From Paramicrosporidium saccamoebae KSL3 (Eukaryota > Fungi > Cryptomycota), in assembly GCA_002794465.1 (NCBI GenBank), contig MTSL01000095.1, positions 22,172 to 54,171 on the forward strand: DNA of 32,000 bases. Reading direction: 5' to 3'. Position numbers and translations under genes: made by a program. The first letter of the stretch is position 1. Each line of letters opens with the position of its first letter. Shown one piece after another: positions 10,081-21,148 of this stretch. The notes below the pieces were generated by a model that saw nothing but the letters and a program-made list of their open reading frames with translations, did no database searches and had not been told where the DNA came from.

Positions 10081-10701
10081 CTATAGTTTACTGATGCCAA
10101 TGGGTATCTTTGTATAGAGATTATAGTCAAAGTCAAATTCCGCCTCCTTGCCATAAGCAATTTCAGCCACATGCACTAGGATATTGGCTGTCAGTGCCCA
10201 GATGCGTTGTCCGTATTGAAACTCGTGTACCCGGAATGGCACTCCATTCCAAAAGGAAATTGAAGTGGCGTGATATGTCAATTGGAGAAAGATGGTTAGT
10301 GGGACAGTGAATGCCAACTCGACTTCATCGTAGTTGGGCGTTGGGGTGAATTCAGGTGGAACAATGGCCACTACGGGGAACACAATTATGCCCATCCGTG
10401 ACACAATGGGCGTCATTGTGGCCACCACCTCACAGTCTACGAGTCCAATTTCCTCATTGGCCTCCCGAAGCGCCGTATCAATGGGACTACTGTCAGTCTC
10501 CTCCTGCTTGCCGCCTGGGAGTGACACTTCGCCTGGATGCATTGTCAGGTGTGCAGAGCGCAGAGTAAGTATCACATGGTATTCTCCATTCCGCTTCTGC
10601 AATGGCACCAGAACGGCCGCCTTGGGCAGTGGATGATTCCATGTGAATGGAGTGACGGTAGGAAGGTGATTGACCAGCCTCTCAACATTAAAGTCCGCCA
10701 T
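10081..10701 (-). CDS. PCD1: Peroxisomal CoA diphosphatase, Nudix family (NUDT7/PCD1-like)
   Basis: AAVLVPL, the CoA-Nudix motif ILTLRSAHLTMHPGEVSLPGG, Nudix box ALREANEEIGL, IWALTANIL, and C-terminal SKL. ATG at 10701. Confidence 0.9.
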   Translation of the reverse strand: MADFNVERLVNHLPTVTPFTWNHPLPKAAVLVPLQKRNGEYHVILTLRSAHLTMHPGEVSLPGGKQEETDSSPIDTALREANEEIGLVDCEVVATMTPIVSRMGIIVFPVVAIVPPEFTPTPNYDEVELAFTVPLTIFLQLTYHATSISFWNGVPFRVHEFQYGQRIWALTANILVHVAEIAYGKEAEFDFDYNLYTKIPIGISKL

Positions 10702-10846
10702 AATTAAACGCTCCAATAAGAATGTGGCACAGTCAAGGTATGCAAAGCGAATGCAAGGATTGGAGAAGGAGAGACGGCATGGTTATCGGGCCCTCATTGG
10801 TCAGATCCGATAAACATATAAATGTACCACGCGCAAAAGAAACGCC

Positions 10847-12829
10847 ATGCAGACGATCCCCCAGGCACAACCGAATCGACCGCGACGTGCTAGCGAACCA
10901 TTGTCTCGTAGTCCTTCATCGCTTCACAGCCTACTCCGCTCCCATGATTATTTTTCCCGTCTGGACGAGGTGGTTTTGGAGCGGATCATTGGCAAATTGC
11001 ATATATGGCGGTTGGAAGCGGGAGATTTGGTGGTGAAAGAGGGTGAAATGGGCGATTCAATGTTTCTGGTTGCCAGTGGCACAGTGCAAGTCTATTCGGA
11101 GGGTACAGAGGCGGTGCTGGCTGAAGTGCACCGTGGAGGATTCTTTGGGGAATTTGCTGCCTTATTCAGGGTGCCCCGAACAGCCACTATTAGGACAAAG
11201 AAGCCTACCACTTTATTAATAATCAGAAGAGCATGCTTGTTAGAGGCACTAGCAGGACATGAGGACATGCTGCGATCAATTGTAATGACAGCCCAGCGTC
11301 GGTATCGCAAGTTGATTCCCCCGCATGTCGTTTTGGGACACAAATCCACCGCCCATTCACAAATAGCCGCGCTCAAGAGCAAATTCCCTCAATTCAACGG
11401 ATTGGGCGACGATTATCTCGAGAGCCTTATTGGACATTGTCGGTTCGGATGTGAACCACAAGGACAGATAGTCTCTTTCTACAACAAAACCCACGTCATC
11501 CTCATCCTCACCGGAGAAATCCGGCTTATAGACTCTACTGTCGATTTTGCGCAATTTGGAAGCGGAATGGTGGCAGAATTCAAACGCGATGACTTTATGG
11601 CGCACATGGTAGCTGAGAGCAATTGTTCGTTCATTGAAGTGCCTATTGACATTTACCACACGGCTCATGATGGAAAGACTTTACCCAAAGCCATGGCCAA
11701 ATCGTCGGATGGCCCAAATGTCCCACTAAGCAGTACGATCCAGCAATCGCTTGGAAGCAAAAGACGGCATTCCGTTGACGTCGTTTTCTGGCACGACCAA
11801 ATCCCAACTCCAAATGCACGAATGGTCCACTCGTTTCGTCAACTCTCCATCACAGCGGGACCGGACATTGCTGAGCTGTGTGAACTCCTCAATACCCACA
11901 ACATCCGTGTCGACGATCCTACCAAAGTGCTTCCCGGTCTGGACGGGACGCGTATTGATATTTCATGTATTAAGAACCAAGTGACTGATGCAATTGTGGG
12001 AAATCTCATCACACTCTGCGGACCGGTCCTAAGACAAGTGAACCTTTCAGGCTCTGGAATTACTGACAAGTCTCTTGATGCACTTTGTGGCGTTGCAAAG
12101 ACCATCACTCACCTTGACCTGTCAGACTGTGTCTTGGTCAGCAGCAAATCATTGTATGCACTATTTCAAAACTGTACTCGTCTGACCCATCTAAACGTGG
12201 CAAATTGTCCTGGCTTCAATGACGACTGTCTCCAAGGTCTGCTTGACACCCCTTTGGTAGACATTAATGCCTCATTCTGTCGAAACTTGGGTCCCTCATG
12301 CTGGAAGCTTATTGCCTGTCATGCGCCCACTCTGGAGCGTCTGGTGCTTCATCGAACCATTGCCCTTGACGAGGAATCGGTTCTCTCTGCCAGTGAGGTT
12401 CCGTTCCCCAAACTGCGTATCTTGGATTTGGCGGAATGTGCATTCCTCACATCAACGGGTCTGCGTCTGATACTGCATGGATGTAGTGCTCTCGAGCAAT
12501 TGGGTCTGTCTTTTTGCACTGGTCTTGACGAAACACTCTTAAAGACGCTAGCATATCTAGAGGACTCACCTCTTATCAGTTTGGATCTCTCATACTGTAC
12601 CCGGGCAGCCGTTGATCGCACCGTCAAAGGACTATTGAAATGCACACCGCGTTTGCAATGTCTCAGTATGCGTGGAGCCCGACATTTGACTGTTGGATGC
12701 TTGGATGCACTGCTACAACTACCCGTATTGTCAGTGGTGAATCTGAGTGAGTGTCCGGGTATTCCCTGCCAGACGCTCCAGAACCACACAAACCAGTGGA
12801 GGTTACTGACAATTGAGAAACTCATCTAA
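10847..12829 (+). CDS. Cyclic-nucleotide-binding domain plus leucine-rich-repeat (FBXL/AMN1-type) protein
   Basis: cNMP domain with an intact phosphate-binding cassette FFGEFAALFRVPRTATI, a second degenerate cNMP-like segment, and about 10 Cys-containing LRRs (LxxLDLSxC). PKA-type sites RRAS and RRHS. Confidence 0.88.
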   Translation: MQTIPQAQPNRPRRASEPLSRSPSSLHSLLRSHDYFSRLDEVVLERIIGKLHIWRLEAGDLVVKEGEMGDSMFLVASGTVQVYSEGTEAVLAEVHRGGFFGEFAALFRVPRTATIRTKKPTTLLIIRRACLLEALAGHEDMLRSIVMTAQRRYRKLIPPHVVLGHKSTAHSQIAALKSKFPQFNGLGDDYLESLIGHCRFGCEPQGQIVSFYNKTHVILILTGEIRLIDSTVDFAQFGSGMVAEFKRDDFMAHMVAESNCSFIEVPIDIYHTAHDGKTLPKAMAKSSDGPNVPLSSTIQQSLGSKRRHSVDVVFWHDQIPTPNARMVHSFRQLSITAGPDIAELCELLNTHNIRVDDPTKVLPGLDGTRIDISCIKNQVTDAIVGNLITLCGPVLRQVNLSGSGITDKSLDALCGVAKTITHLDLSDCVLVSSKSLYALFQNCTRLTHLNVANCPGFNDDCLQGLLDTPLVDINASFCRNLGPSCWKLIACHAPTLERLVLHRTIALDEESVLSASEVPFPKLRILDLAECAFLTSTGLRLILHGCSALEQLGLSFCTGLDETLLKTLAYLEDSPLISLDLSYCTRAAVDRTVKGLLKCTPRLQCLSMRGARHLTVGCLDALLQLPVLSVVNLSECPGIPCQTLQNHTNQWRLLTIEKLI

Positions 12830-12899
12830 TCATGCTACAACTGCATTACAAGCGATAAAACTAATAAACGATTGATATAACCGGTATGAGTAACGGGTA

Positions 12900-13694
12900 C
12901 TAGTACACTACAGTCCCTAGAGGCCTCAAGATGACAGGTTGTCGACACATGGGACAGGAGTGCACTCTTCGCAGCCACTGGGCAGCACAAGCTTTATGGA
13001 ATGCGTGTCCACAAGTCAACTTGCACACTTGATCCGTCATTTCATCTGCACAGATGGGACAGTCTTCTTGGGTCCTAATCTCAATTCTATAGTTATTTGT
13101 CTCTTCTAGGTAAGGCGACAAGTCCACTGGCAGATAGCCCATTATCAATTCTTCCAGAGTCCCAACGTCTTGGCTGCAGAGAACCCATCGGATAAGTAGC
13201 TGACGATAGTATGGAAGGCAGAATTGATGTGTAAGTCCCATGGTTCCCAGGAAATTGGCATGCACTCCCAGAAAGCGAAGCATTTCCGGACGAAGTTCGT
13301 GTGCACCCACCCACCTGCTATAGAGACCACCACAAAGAACAGTAAGCATCATATACGTTGTGAACAGTATGGGAAATATCTCCATCGAGTGCGTCATTCC
13401 CATAAATGGTCCACTTCTATATTTGCCCTCGTCCAGAGACGTAAGAAACTCCTGGAAGCATCTGCAGCCCACATTTCGACGACACACTGCCACAATCATC
13501 CGGGCCACAATCAACATAACAAGTATGGCCTCGGGAATAAGGTCCCACCATCCCCGCAGCGCCAGTCTCCAGTCTTTGTGGTCGTAATACGATGACGCCA
13601 TCGAGGCAAGCTAGACAGTCAGCTACGTGCGTTGTTCTTGTACCATCACAACACAAGCGACAATCCAGGCCAGTGATACCTTGGTGCCCTTCAT
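12900..13694 (-). CDS. Signal-peptide, multi-TM RING-H2 E3 ligase, paralog 1 (253 aa)
   Basis: Exon 1 13694-13644 (MKGTKVSLAWIVACVVM), 33-nt intron 13643-13611 (GTACAA...CTGAC...TAG), exon 2 13610-12900. About 3 TM helices; RING-H2 CPIC...CGHAFHKAC...W...CPMC. Confidence 0.88.
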
Positions 13695-14346
13695 CGTATC
13701 CCCCAGAAACTCTATCAATGCGCGGGGGTTTCAATCCTGTCAAAAGGCTTGTTTATTATTGGAGGAGAGTATGCCATATGTGCGAATCAGGGTTTTCAAT
13801 CAAGGAGCACCATTACAAATTTTTATCTCCTGCACTCTCTCCTTTATAGAATAAAGCTACTCCTTGCATCATGCATTCCAATCTGTAAATTGAGTGTAAC
13901 AAATGAGTTTATCGCGGACTAGCTACTACTAGTTGGACGAAAAAGTTCATTTTATTAAACTGTATTTGTGATAGTCAAGTAGGGACCCTTTGCTAGTCCG
14001 GACTCGTGGAGATACTATCTCATGGTGCTCTCCTCTATAGACCGCCACTCTCAATATTATGTACTTTAATTGTAGGATAACTATCTAGATTGGGCCCGCC
14101 AATAATTAGACACTGTCTTGTAATTATTCCACGATCTATGGACACGCAATAGCAAATAAACGCTAAAAGTTGGCATGTATAGGTTTACGGTGACTTCACT
14201 CCATCGATTAGACGACCAAACAGTGGTGGTATTATCAATAGATCTGACAAAATTCTTCAAGAACACTTCGACGACGGGGCATGGTCACCATGGTAGGACC
14301 TCTATAAACTTTTGGTTGGTATCACCAGGATAGGGGATCGGCGTCA

Positions 14347-15135
14347 TTACAATACGGTCCCTAGAGGCTTCAGGACAACAGGCTGTCGACACATGGGACA
14401 GGAAGGCACCCTCCGCAGCCACTGAGCCGCACAGGGTGCATGAAATGCGTGTCCACAAGTCAATTTACACACTTGATCCGTCATTTCATCTGCGCAGATA
14501 GAGCAGTCTTCTTTGTCGTTAACGTCGGCTCTATAGTTGTTTGTCTCCTCTAGATAGGGCGATACGTCCACTGGCAGATAGCCCATTAGCATTTCTTCCG
14601 CTGTTCCAATGTCCTGGCTGCAAAGGACCCACCGGATGAGCAGTCGACGATAGTGCGGAATACAGAATTGGTGGGTAAGTCCCATGGCCGCCAGTAAACC
14701 GGCATACGCTCCCAAGCCGCGTAGCATTTCGTGACGACGATGCATTTCCCCTATCATGCTGCAATAGATGGAGGAACCAAAAATAGTAGCAAACGCATAC
14801 ACTACGAACAGCATGGTGAATATCTCCGGTGAGTGGTCCACCCCCATGAATGATCCACCTTCATATTCGTCCTCGTCCAGAGACGCAAGAAACTCCTGGA
14901 AGCATTTACAGCCCACATCTCGACGGCACACTGCTACAATTATCCGGGCAACAATCAGTAAAGCGAGTATGGCCCCGGGGAGGAGGTCCCACCATCCGTG
15001 CAGCACCCAGTTTTCGTCGTCATAATACGAGAACGCCGTCAAGAAAAGCTATACAGTCAGCTACGTGGGTTATCTTTGTACTATCACAACACATATGGTA
15101 ATCCAGCCCAGCGATACCTTGGTGCCCTGCTTCAT
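14347..15135 (-). CDS. Signal-peptide, multi-TM RING-H2 E3 ligase, paralog 2 (251 aa)
   Basis: Exon 1 15135-15082 (MKQGTKVSLGWITICVVI), 33-nt intron 15081-15049, exon 2 15048-14347. Closely similar to paralog 1; intact RING-H2. Confidence 0.88.
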
Positions 15136-15691
15136 ATTCCCCGAAAATCCTATCAGCGCGCAGGGGGTCCCATCCTGTCAAAAGGCTGGGCTATTATTGG
15201 GGGAGAGTTTATCCTCTTGAATCAGAGATTTCAATCAAGGGTCACTAATAAAAACTTTTCACTATATCTTTCCTTTATAAATAAAGTCCTGTTTTATATT
15301 GTGCGTTTAAAGCTGTGGGTTGAGCGCAGTAAGTTGGTCTATCACAGAGTAGTTATTGCTGGCTGTACGGGGGTACGAGACCCATTACCGGGATCCCTGG
15401 TTCGTAGATATAATATTAAAAAGCGTACTCTCTTTATAGACAGTCGTCCTTAATAGGACGGATTCGACTTTTGGGATGGCTATCTGGATTGGGATCGCCG
15501 CTAAGTAAATACAGTCTTGAAATCATTAATCAATTTATAGCCACACAATAAGTTTACAATGGTCCTAATCCGTCGCTCCGACATCATCAATAGGAATCCA
15601 ATAAAATGCGTCAGGGATGCTTGGTGATTAAGTGTGAACACTTTGATAGGACCTCTGTAAACTACTGCTAGGGATAATCTATGAATAAACG

Positions 15692-16456
15692 CTAATTCGC
15701 TGTGACGGGTAGGGACCTGAGAGAAACGCGCACCCTGCACATGGGACAGGAAGGCACTCTCCTTAGCCATGTCTCGGCACAGACCACATGGAACTTGTGT
15801 TGACACGGCAATACGCACACTCGATCCGTTATTGTGTCGGAACAAATGGGACATTCACTACTCTCCTCAACCTCAACCACATAGGGCGACACATCTACAG
15901 GGGGATGGTTCACCACTACATCCTCCAGATCAGTAATGTCTTGACCTCTTCGGATCCATTGGAAGAATAATCGTTGGTAGTAGAAGCGGCAAACAATGTG
16001 TGTGGTCCCCATAAACGACAGCATGAGCGAATGCAGCGAAAGGACAAAGAGCATGTCGGTGCGATGGCTCGGTTTCATCCATAAGCTGTGAAATACACCG
16101 GCCGCACCGACACTCGCTGCATAGATTACCATCAGCAGGTTGAACACGGCGGGGGCGCGCGACACCAAGGGAAGCCGCTGGTCTATGCGCAGTCCCTCGT
16201 CAATGTACACGGCGGCTGCGAGGAAGCAATGACAACTGGGCTTTCTCTGATAGGCCGCCACAACTGCTATAACCATACGGGACAGCAGTAGGACAGCCAA
16301 GACGGCCTCTGGCACAAAATACCAATATTCCTGCAGCGTCAGTTTATGGTCGTATTTAAAAGTATAGGACACTAGGACAGACAGTAGCTACGCAATTAGT
16401 GATACACCCAGTCTTGATACCACAAACAGGCAGAGCCCGAACCAGAACCGCGACAT
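15692..16456 (-). CDS. Signal-peptide, multi-TM RING-H2 E3 ligase, paralog 3 (243 aa)
   Basis: Exon 1 16456-16421 (MSRFWFGLCLFV), 33-nt intron 16420-16388 (GTATCA...CTAAT...TAG), exon 2 16387-15692. RING-H2 CPIC...CQHKFHVVC...W...CPMC. Confidence 0.86.
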
Positions 16457-16594
16457 TAAATAGCCATGCATATTGTAAGTAACGTGTGTCCCAAAGATGC
16501 GTGTTATAGCCTATCCCCGATTGGTTCCTGTCGGTTGGCCTGAACCAATGAAATTATCAGTGGAAATATTTAAACGCCATATTTGGAGACTGTG

Positions 16595-16750
16595 AATTGA
16601 GAACCGAATCCCGTCAATTGAATTAAGGATTGAGTCACATCAACTGAATTAAGGGTTGAGTCACATCAACTGAATTGAGGGTTGAGCCCCATCAACTGAG
16701 CTGAGGATTGAGCCCCATCAACTGAGCTGAGGATTGAGCTCAATCAACCG
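16595..16750. repeat. Minisatellite, 6 x 26 bp, intergenic
   Basis: Units begin at 16595, 16621, 16647, 16673, 16699 and 16725; consensus about aattgagg(a/g)ttgag(t/c)c(a/c)catcaactg. Confidence 0.95.
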
Positions 16751-16801
16751 GAATGCAACGACGACATGTAGGCTTTATTGGGGTATTTACAGCCAATGGA
16801 T

Positions 16802-17635
16802 TTATTTAAACTCGACAAAATCATCTAACATGTCCGTATTCTTTTGTTCCGATTCGGTGGGTAATATGGTGACTGCAGATTTGTGTGTAAACTTTCTGGA
16901 CGCCGCATGCATCACAGTTGCAGCTGCAGTGCCTTCCAGACAGTTCTTTCTCCGGTGCGCCGGCACGCCCAACAGACCTGTCAGATTGATTACGTCAGCA
17001 GGTGCACGCAACGACCACACTGATTCGGCACCACCAGTAACCAACAGACCGTCGCCCTTTAGCGCCAGTCGCTGCAGAGTCCTTGCATTACCGATAATGT
17101 TTCGTCGGGCAGTTGCATCGACAATAATCGGCGCATAAAGAAGCTCAAAAACAATGCCCCGAGCCAGCGCCTGACGCAAATAGCCGGCTCGAACGGGGAA
17201 CGGCAGTCGTACCGTCATGTCAAGAGAGATAATGTCAATGTCCAAGTTGGTGCAGGCAGAATGGAACATTTTCTCAGTTTCGGGCTGTACGGCGAGCAGG
17301 TCGTATGAACGGATGACTTCATTGCCTGCATTGATACCGTAGTTCTGCTGCGGGTCCGAGAGCACCAGCGTCAGTCGCGTGTATTGTCGTAATGGAGTGC
17401 GACCTGAGGCATAGTCTATCGGTCCAAAGGGACATTTCTACAGTCAGTGACACTTACAGTCACATGATACCGTTTTAGGCAGTTTCCCCTCCACCCTGTG
17501 ATTGATGGCCACGGCATGGTATCCCACTAAACATGAGTCGATTGTATGGACCATACACTTTTCAAGAGAAGCTAGTTGTTGTGGGAGCGAGGCGACAGTG
17601 TCTGGTTGCCAAGGCACGTTCAGGTCATAATACAT
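16802..17635 (-). CDS. RPP1: RNase P/MRP subunit p30 (256 aa, 3 exons)
   Basis: Exons 17635-17557, 17526-17471, 17437-16802; introns of 30 and 33 nt. Motifs MYYDLN, LGYHAVAINH, YTRLTL, YDLLAVQP, DIDIISLD, GIVFELLY, RAPADVINL. Confidence 0.94.
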
Positions 17636-17761
17636 AACGACTATTATAATTTTCCTTATCCCGTTGACACTGACAAACAATGGTTATATGCGCAATGAAT
17701 GACACTCCCGATATGTGGAAGTGGCTGCCGCAACATCCAATAGTTAGTCGATACTGATAGG

Positions 17762-18793
17762 ATGGCACGTCTGTCCAAACAATCAACACAACACACTATG
17801 CTGCCCGTTGAGCTGACGCTTGCCATTGCAGAACACACTCGACCCGACATTTGGCCCACATTGTCGAGGATTCCGCTCTTTCATCAAACCCTCCACCATC
17901 CGCTGTTTTGGCGTTCTCAATGCCATCAGCTCGGGCTGGTCGGTTTGACCCAACAGAAACAGTATCGTGAACATTACATAACCGACCGGAATTGGCGATT
18001 AGGACGCTTTCGACGTACCTGTCGACCAGTTGACGTGTGTCTCCATATGGACGGAGGACGTGCCGTCAGCACTGGGGAAGCTGGCGGATGGGTGTGGGAG
18101 ATGGAAAGCGGCGTTCGGGTGGTGGATGTGGGGACAATAAGTGCGGCAGCAGTAGACGGTCCCACAGTGGTCGGCGGTGCAAAAGACGGACTGCTGTCGG
18201 TGCGGGATGTGCGGATGCGAAACAGAGTCCGTCTCTCAGCCCATCAAGACGAAGTTTCTGTCGTTGCTCTTAGTGGGACAACAATAATCAGTGGGTCAAT
18301 GGATGGAACCGTCAAATTATGGGATCTGAACCTCAATTTGCTCGATCAATGGACTTTGGATTCTCCCATCAGTGCGGTGGCCATTAGACGAGGTATAGTG
18401 GCCATTGGTACAGTAGGTGGAACACTTTTCCATCGGAATGAAACCACAAAACTTGATGGCGGCGCCATTAATTGTCTCACTATTCGTGGCTCTGAGGTAA
18501 TCTGCGGCACAGACGACGGCGTCCTTCGTGGTATCAGTGGTAAAACCCATCGTATCATTGAGGAAACTTATGGAAGTCCGATCATTGCTTTGCACCGTCA
18601 TCGAGGACGTGTGGTAGCAGGTCATGCTGATGGCTTAATCACCTGTCATGATTTGAGGACTAAAAAATCCATGTTCATAGCAGAAAGACGACCGTTGATC
18701 TGGCAAATATACTCTGACGATTGTCGGATCATTTCCTCCAGCATCGACCAAAGACTGCTTGTCCATGACTTTTCCACCATAGCCCATCACTGA
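17762..18793 (+). CDS. F-box/WD40-repeat protein
   Basis: N-terminal F-box-like LPVELTLAIAEH...W; WD repeats such as AHQDEVSVVALSGTTIISGSMDGTVKLWDL. Confidence 0.85.
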   Translation: MARLSKQSTQHTMLPVELTLAIAEHTRPDIWPTLSRIPLFHQTLHHPLFWRSQCHQLGLVGLTQQKQYREHYITDRNWRLGRFRRTCRPVDVCLHMDGGRAVSTGEAGGWVWEMESGVRVVDVGTISAAAVDGPTVVGGAKDGLLSVRDVRMRNRVRLSAHQDEVSVVALSGTTIISGSMDGTVKLWDLNLNLLDQWTLDSPISAVAIRRGIVAIGTVGGTLFHRNETTKLDGGAINCLTIRGSEVICGTDDGVLRGISGKTHRIIEETYGSPIIALHRHRGRVVAGHADGLITCHDLRTKKSMFIAERRPLIWQIYSDDCRIISSSIDQRLLVHDFSTIAHH

Positions 18794-18836
18794 TAGAGCG
18801 GGTTTTGCCAATAAAGACTCTGCTTTGTTGTGTGGC

Positions 18837-20757
18837 TCATTCGGATAATTCAATCGCGTCAGAGTCGCTACTATGTGGTCGTTTCCGGATAAACTTATCT
18901 AACCGGAGCTGCGATGGATCATGTTGTTGTTTCTGCATCTTGGAAAAGTCGTTTTTGCAAAGTCCCACCTCTTCCAACATTTCTAGCTTTTTTGTAATCA
19001 GAGGCCAAATTAGATCGTCACTGGTTCCTTTGGCCAGCAGGTAATGCACATTGACGGCATCACATTGTCCGATTCGATGTGCACGGTCCTCCGCCTGCAG
19101 GAGAACCCCGGGATTCCAAAAGAGTTCTGCAAATATCACCGTGGTGGCTGCAGTCAGGGTGAGACCAGTGGAAGCAGCAGTAATACTCAAGACTGCCACC
19201 CGAATAGTTGGATCCGTCTGAAAGGCCGTACATAGATCCTGTCGTGACGAGGTTGCCGTCTTTCCGTCAATTCGGATGAATCGAGTCTTTTTGACCAGTA
19301 AGTGCCCTTCAAAGGCATCCAACACTGACTGATGATGTGCAAAGATGAGCATTTTATGGTCTGCATCCAAAAGATCGTCAATATACTCGAGCATTGCCGG
19401 CAGCTTCAGCTCAGCAGTGCGTTTCCACAAGGCCATGTATTCCGTCTTTTTCTGAAACTCTTCCAACGACTCGTCGTCAATGTTCTGGGGAATCTTTCGC
19501 AAGTCTAACAGTTTTTTAAACATGTCCAAATCCTTTTGTTTCACCTTTAGGAACACCTAAAGACATTAGTAACGGCTAAAAAGCTTACTTGATGGCGGAG
19601 CTTACGAGGAAGTTGGGAGAGAACTTCATCCTTCATTCTCCGAATAAGAATGGTACGTTCAAGCACCAGCTGCAACTCTCTCAGATTAGAGGATCCCTTA
19701 AAGTCCCACCCAAACGTCCCTCGATGTCCATTGCAATATCTTTTACCAAAATCAAAGAATCGGGAGAATAATTTGGGCTGAACCGCCTGAATCTGCGGAT
19801 ACAGCTCCAATGGTCGTGACAATGCTGGGGTTCCGGAAAGCAGAATGGCTCGGCCTGCCTGCTTTAGAACCGGCACTATGACTTTGGATCGCTTCGACTC
19901 GGAATTCTTGAGTGCATGGCTTTCGTCAGCAATAACCACCCCAAACTTACACGCTGTGACTGGGAGCAGTTTGACTGCCAGATCATAGCTCAGAATATTG
20001 ACCAATCCGTCCAATTCGCCTTTCCCATCATAAACGACGCGGATCGTATCCACTGGCACTGATGGAATCCATCGTTTGACCTGTTCATGCCAAGAGGCCA
20101 CCATTGAGGCGGGAGTGATAATGAGAAGCGGCCATTCCAGTCGGTAGAAGACGGCAATTGCCAACGCCTGGATTGATTTTCCCAATCCCATGTCATCCGC
20201 CAACATTACTCTTCCATTTCGAGATAATGCCAACTCTACCCCTTCTCGCTGGAATGGATATAGCGACCCACAGAATTCTATCCCCGAGAGATTAAATGTG
20301 CGTTGGGGAGACTCGACGCCATGAAACAGCGATAGGACGTTTGGGGGAATCTGATCCTCTACTGCCGGCTTATTAATTCCAACCCGTTCCACTACAGTTC
20401 AAAGAGTCATGTGGGCGTACAAAAGACGGAATATGATTGGAGAGGGAAGCGCCAGATGTGCTCCTCTTGGATAAATCTGGCACCCGGCACCTCCTTAAAT
20501 ATGGGATATAGCGGACCATATGCCGCAGTGCAAAACGTTGCCGACGAGTCAAGCTGAACAACCATTCGCCAGTTCAGCTTTTTCTTCTCCGCCGTCACTG
20601 GCGCGGTTGGTGTTGGTTGGGGCGCAGACGACGGTTTGACGACCATTGTGGTCGGTTTCCGCTGCTTCAGCCGCTCAAGGGCGTCCAGTCGGTTTCGTTC
20701 GATACGCGCCCGTTGCTCCACTGTCAGTCCGTCGTTCTCCATCGGGGGCCCATGCAT
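18837..20757 (-). CDS. SMARCAL1: SMARCAL1/HARP-like annealing helicase (SNF2 family), 619 aa, 3 exons
   Basis: Exons 20757-20421, 20391-19589, 19556-18837; introns of 29 and 32 nt. N-terminal RPA-binding-like helix [19 protein letters not shown], one HARP-like domain, [43 protein letters not shown]. Confidence 0.93.
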
Positions 20758-21148
20758 GATGAAACCCTAAAAGAGCAGCTCGCCTCCGAGTTCATCTCGC
20801 TCCTCACCAATGTACCACCAACACACATGTTGCTTCATGGATATAGGCAATGGAGGAGAATTGTTTCACGCGGTGTATCAAGAAGCCGGGTGTAAAGTTG
20901 GAAAAGGCGGACGAAGTAGGACCTCTTCCAGACTAAATGTAGGCGTGTTTGGCACGATGCATGGATAGATATCTAGAGGCGTGGGGGTTGGTGTCTCACA
21001 CCGTCTCTAGAATTCAGCGCAAATTGGATGCAGAACAATAAATCACGTATGCAATGTCTGGAGATGGTCAGAGACACGGAATGGCATCCCAGAGTCTCTT
21101 GCATCCAATGCAAATAAGTGTGTTTGGTAGACTTCCTATTCGGGAAAG

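Noticed and set aside
15040-15048. Apparent loss of the start codon (ATG to ACG/TTG) in RING paralog 2, suggesting a pseudogene or non-AUG initiation
   Set aside because: An upstream exon (ATG 15135) and a 33-nt intron conserved in all three paralogs restore a normal start.
16520-16549. 8-bp inverted repeat attggttc...gaaccaat
   Set aside because: Short enough to arise by chance; it may just be two opposed CCAAT boxes, with no other support.
16595-16750. Repeat array resembling CRISPR
   Set aside because: Units are contiguous with no unique spacers, there are no cas genes, and the context is eukaryotic.
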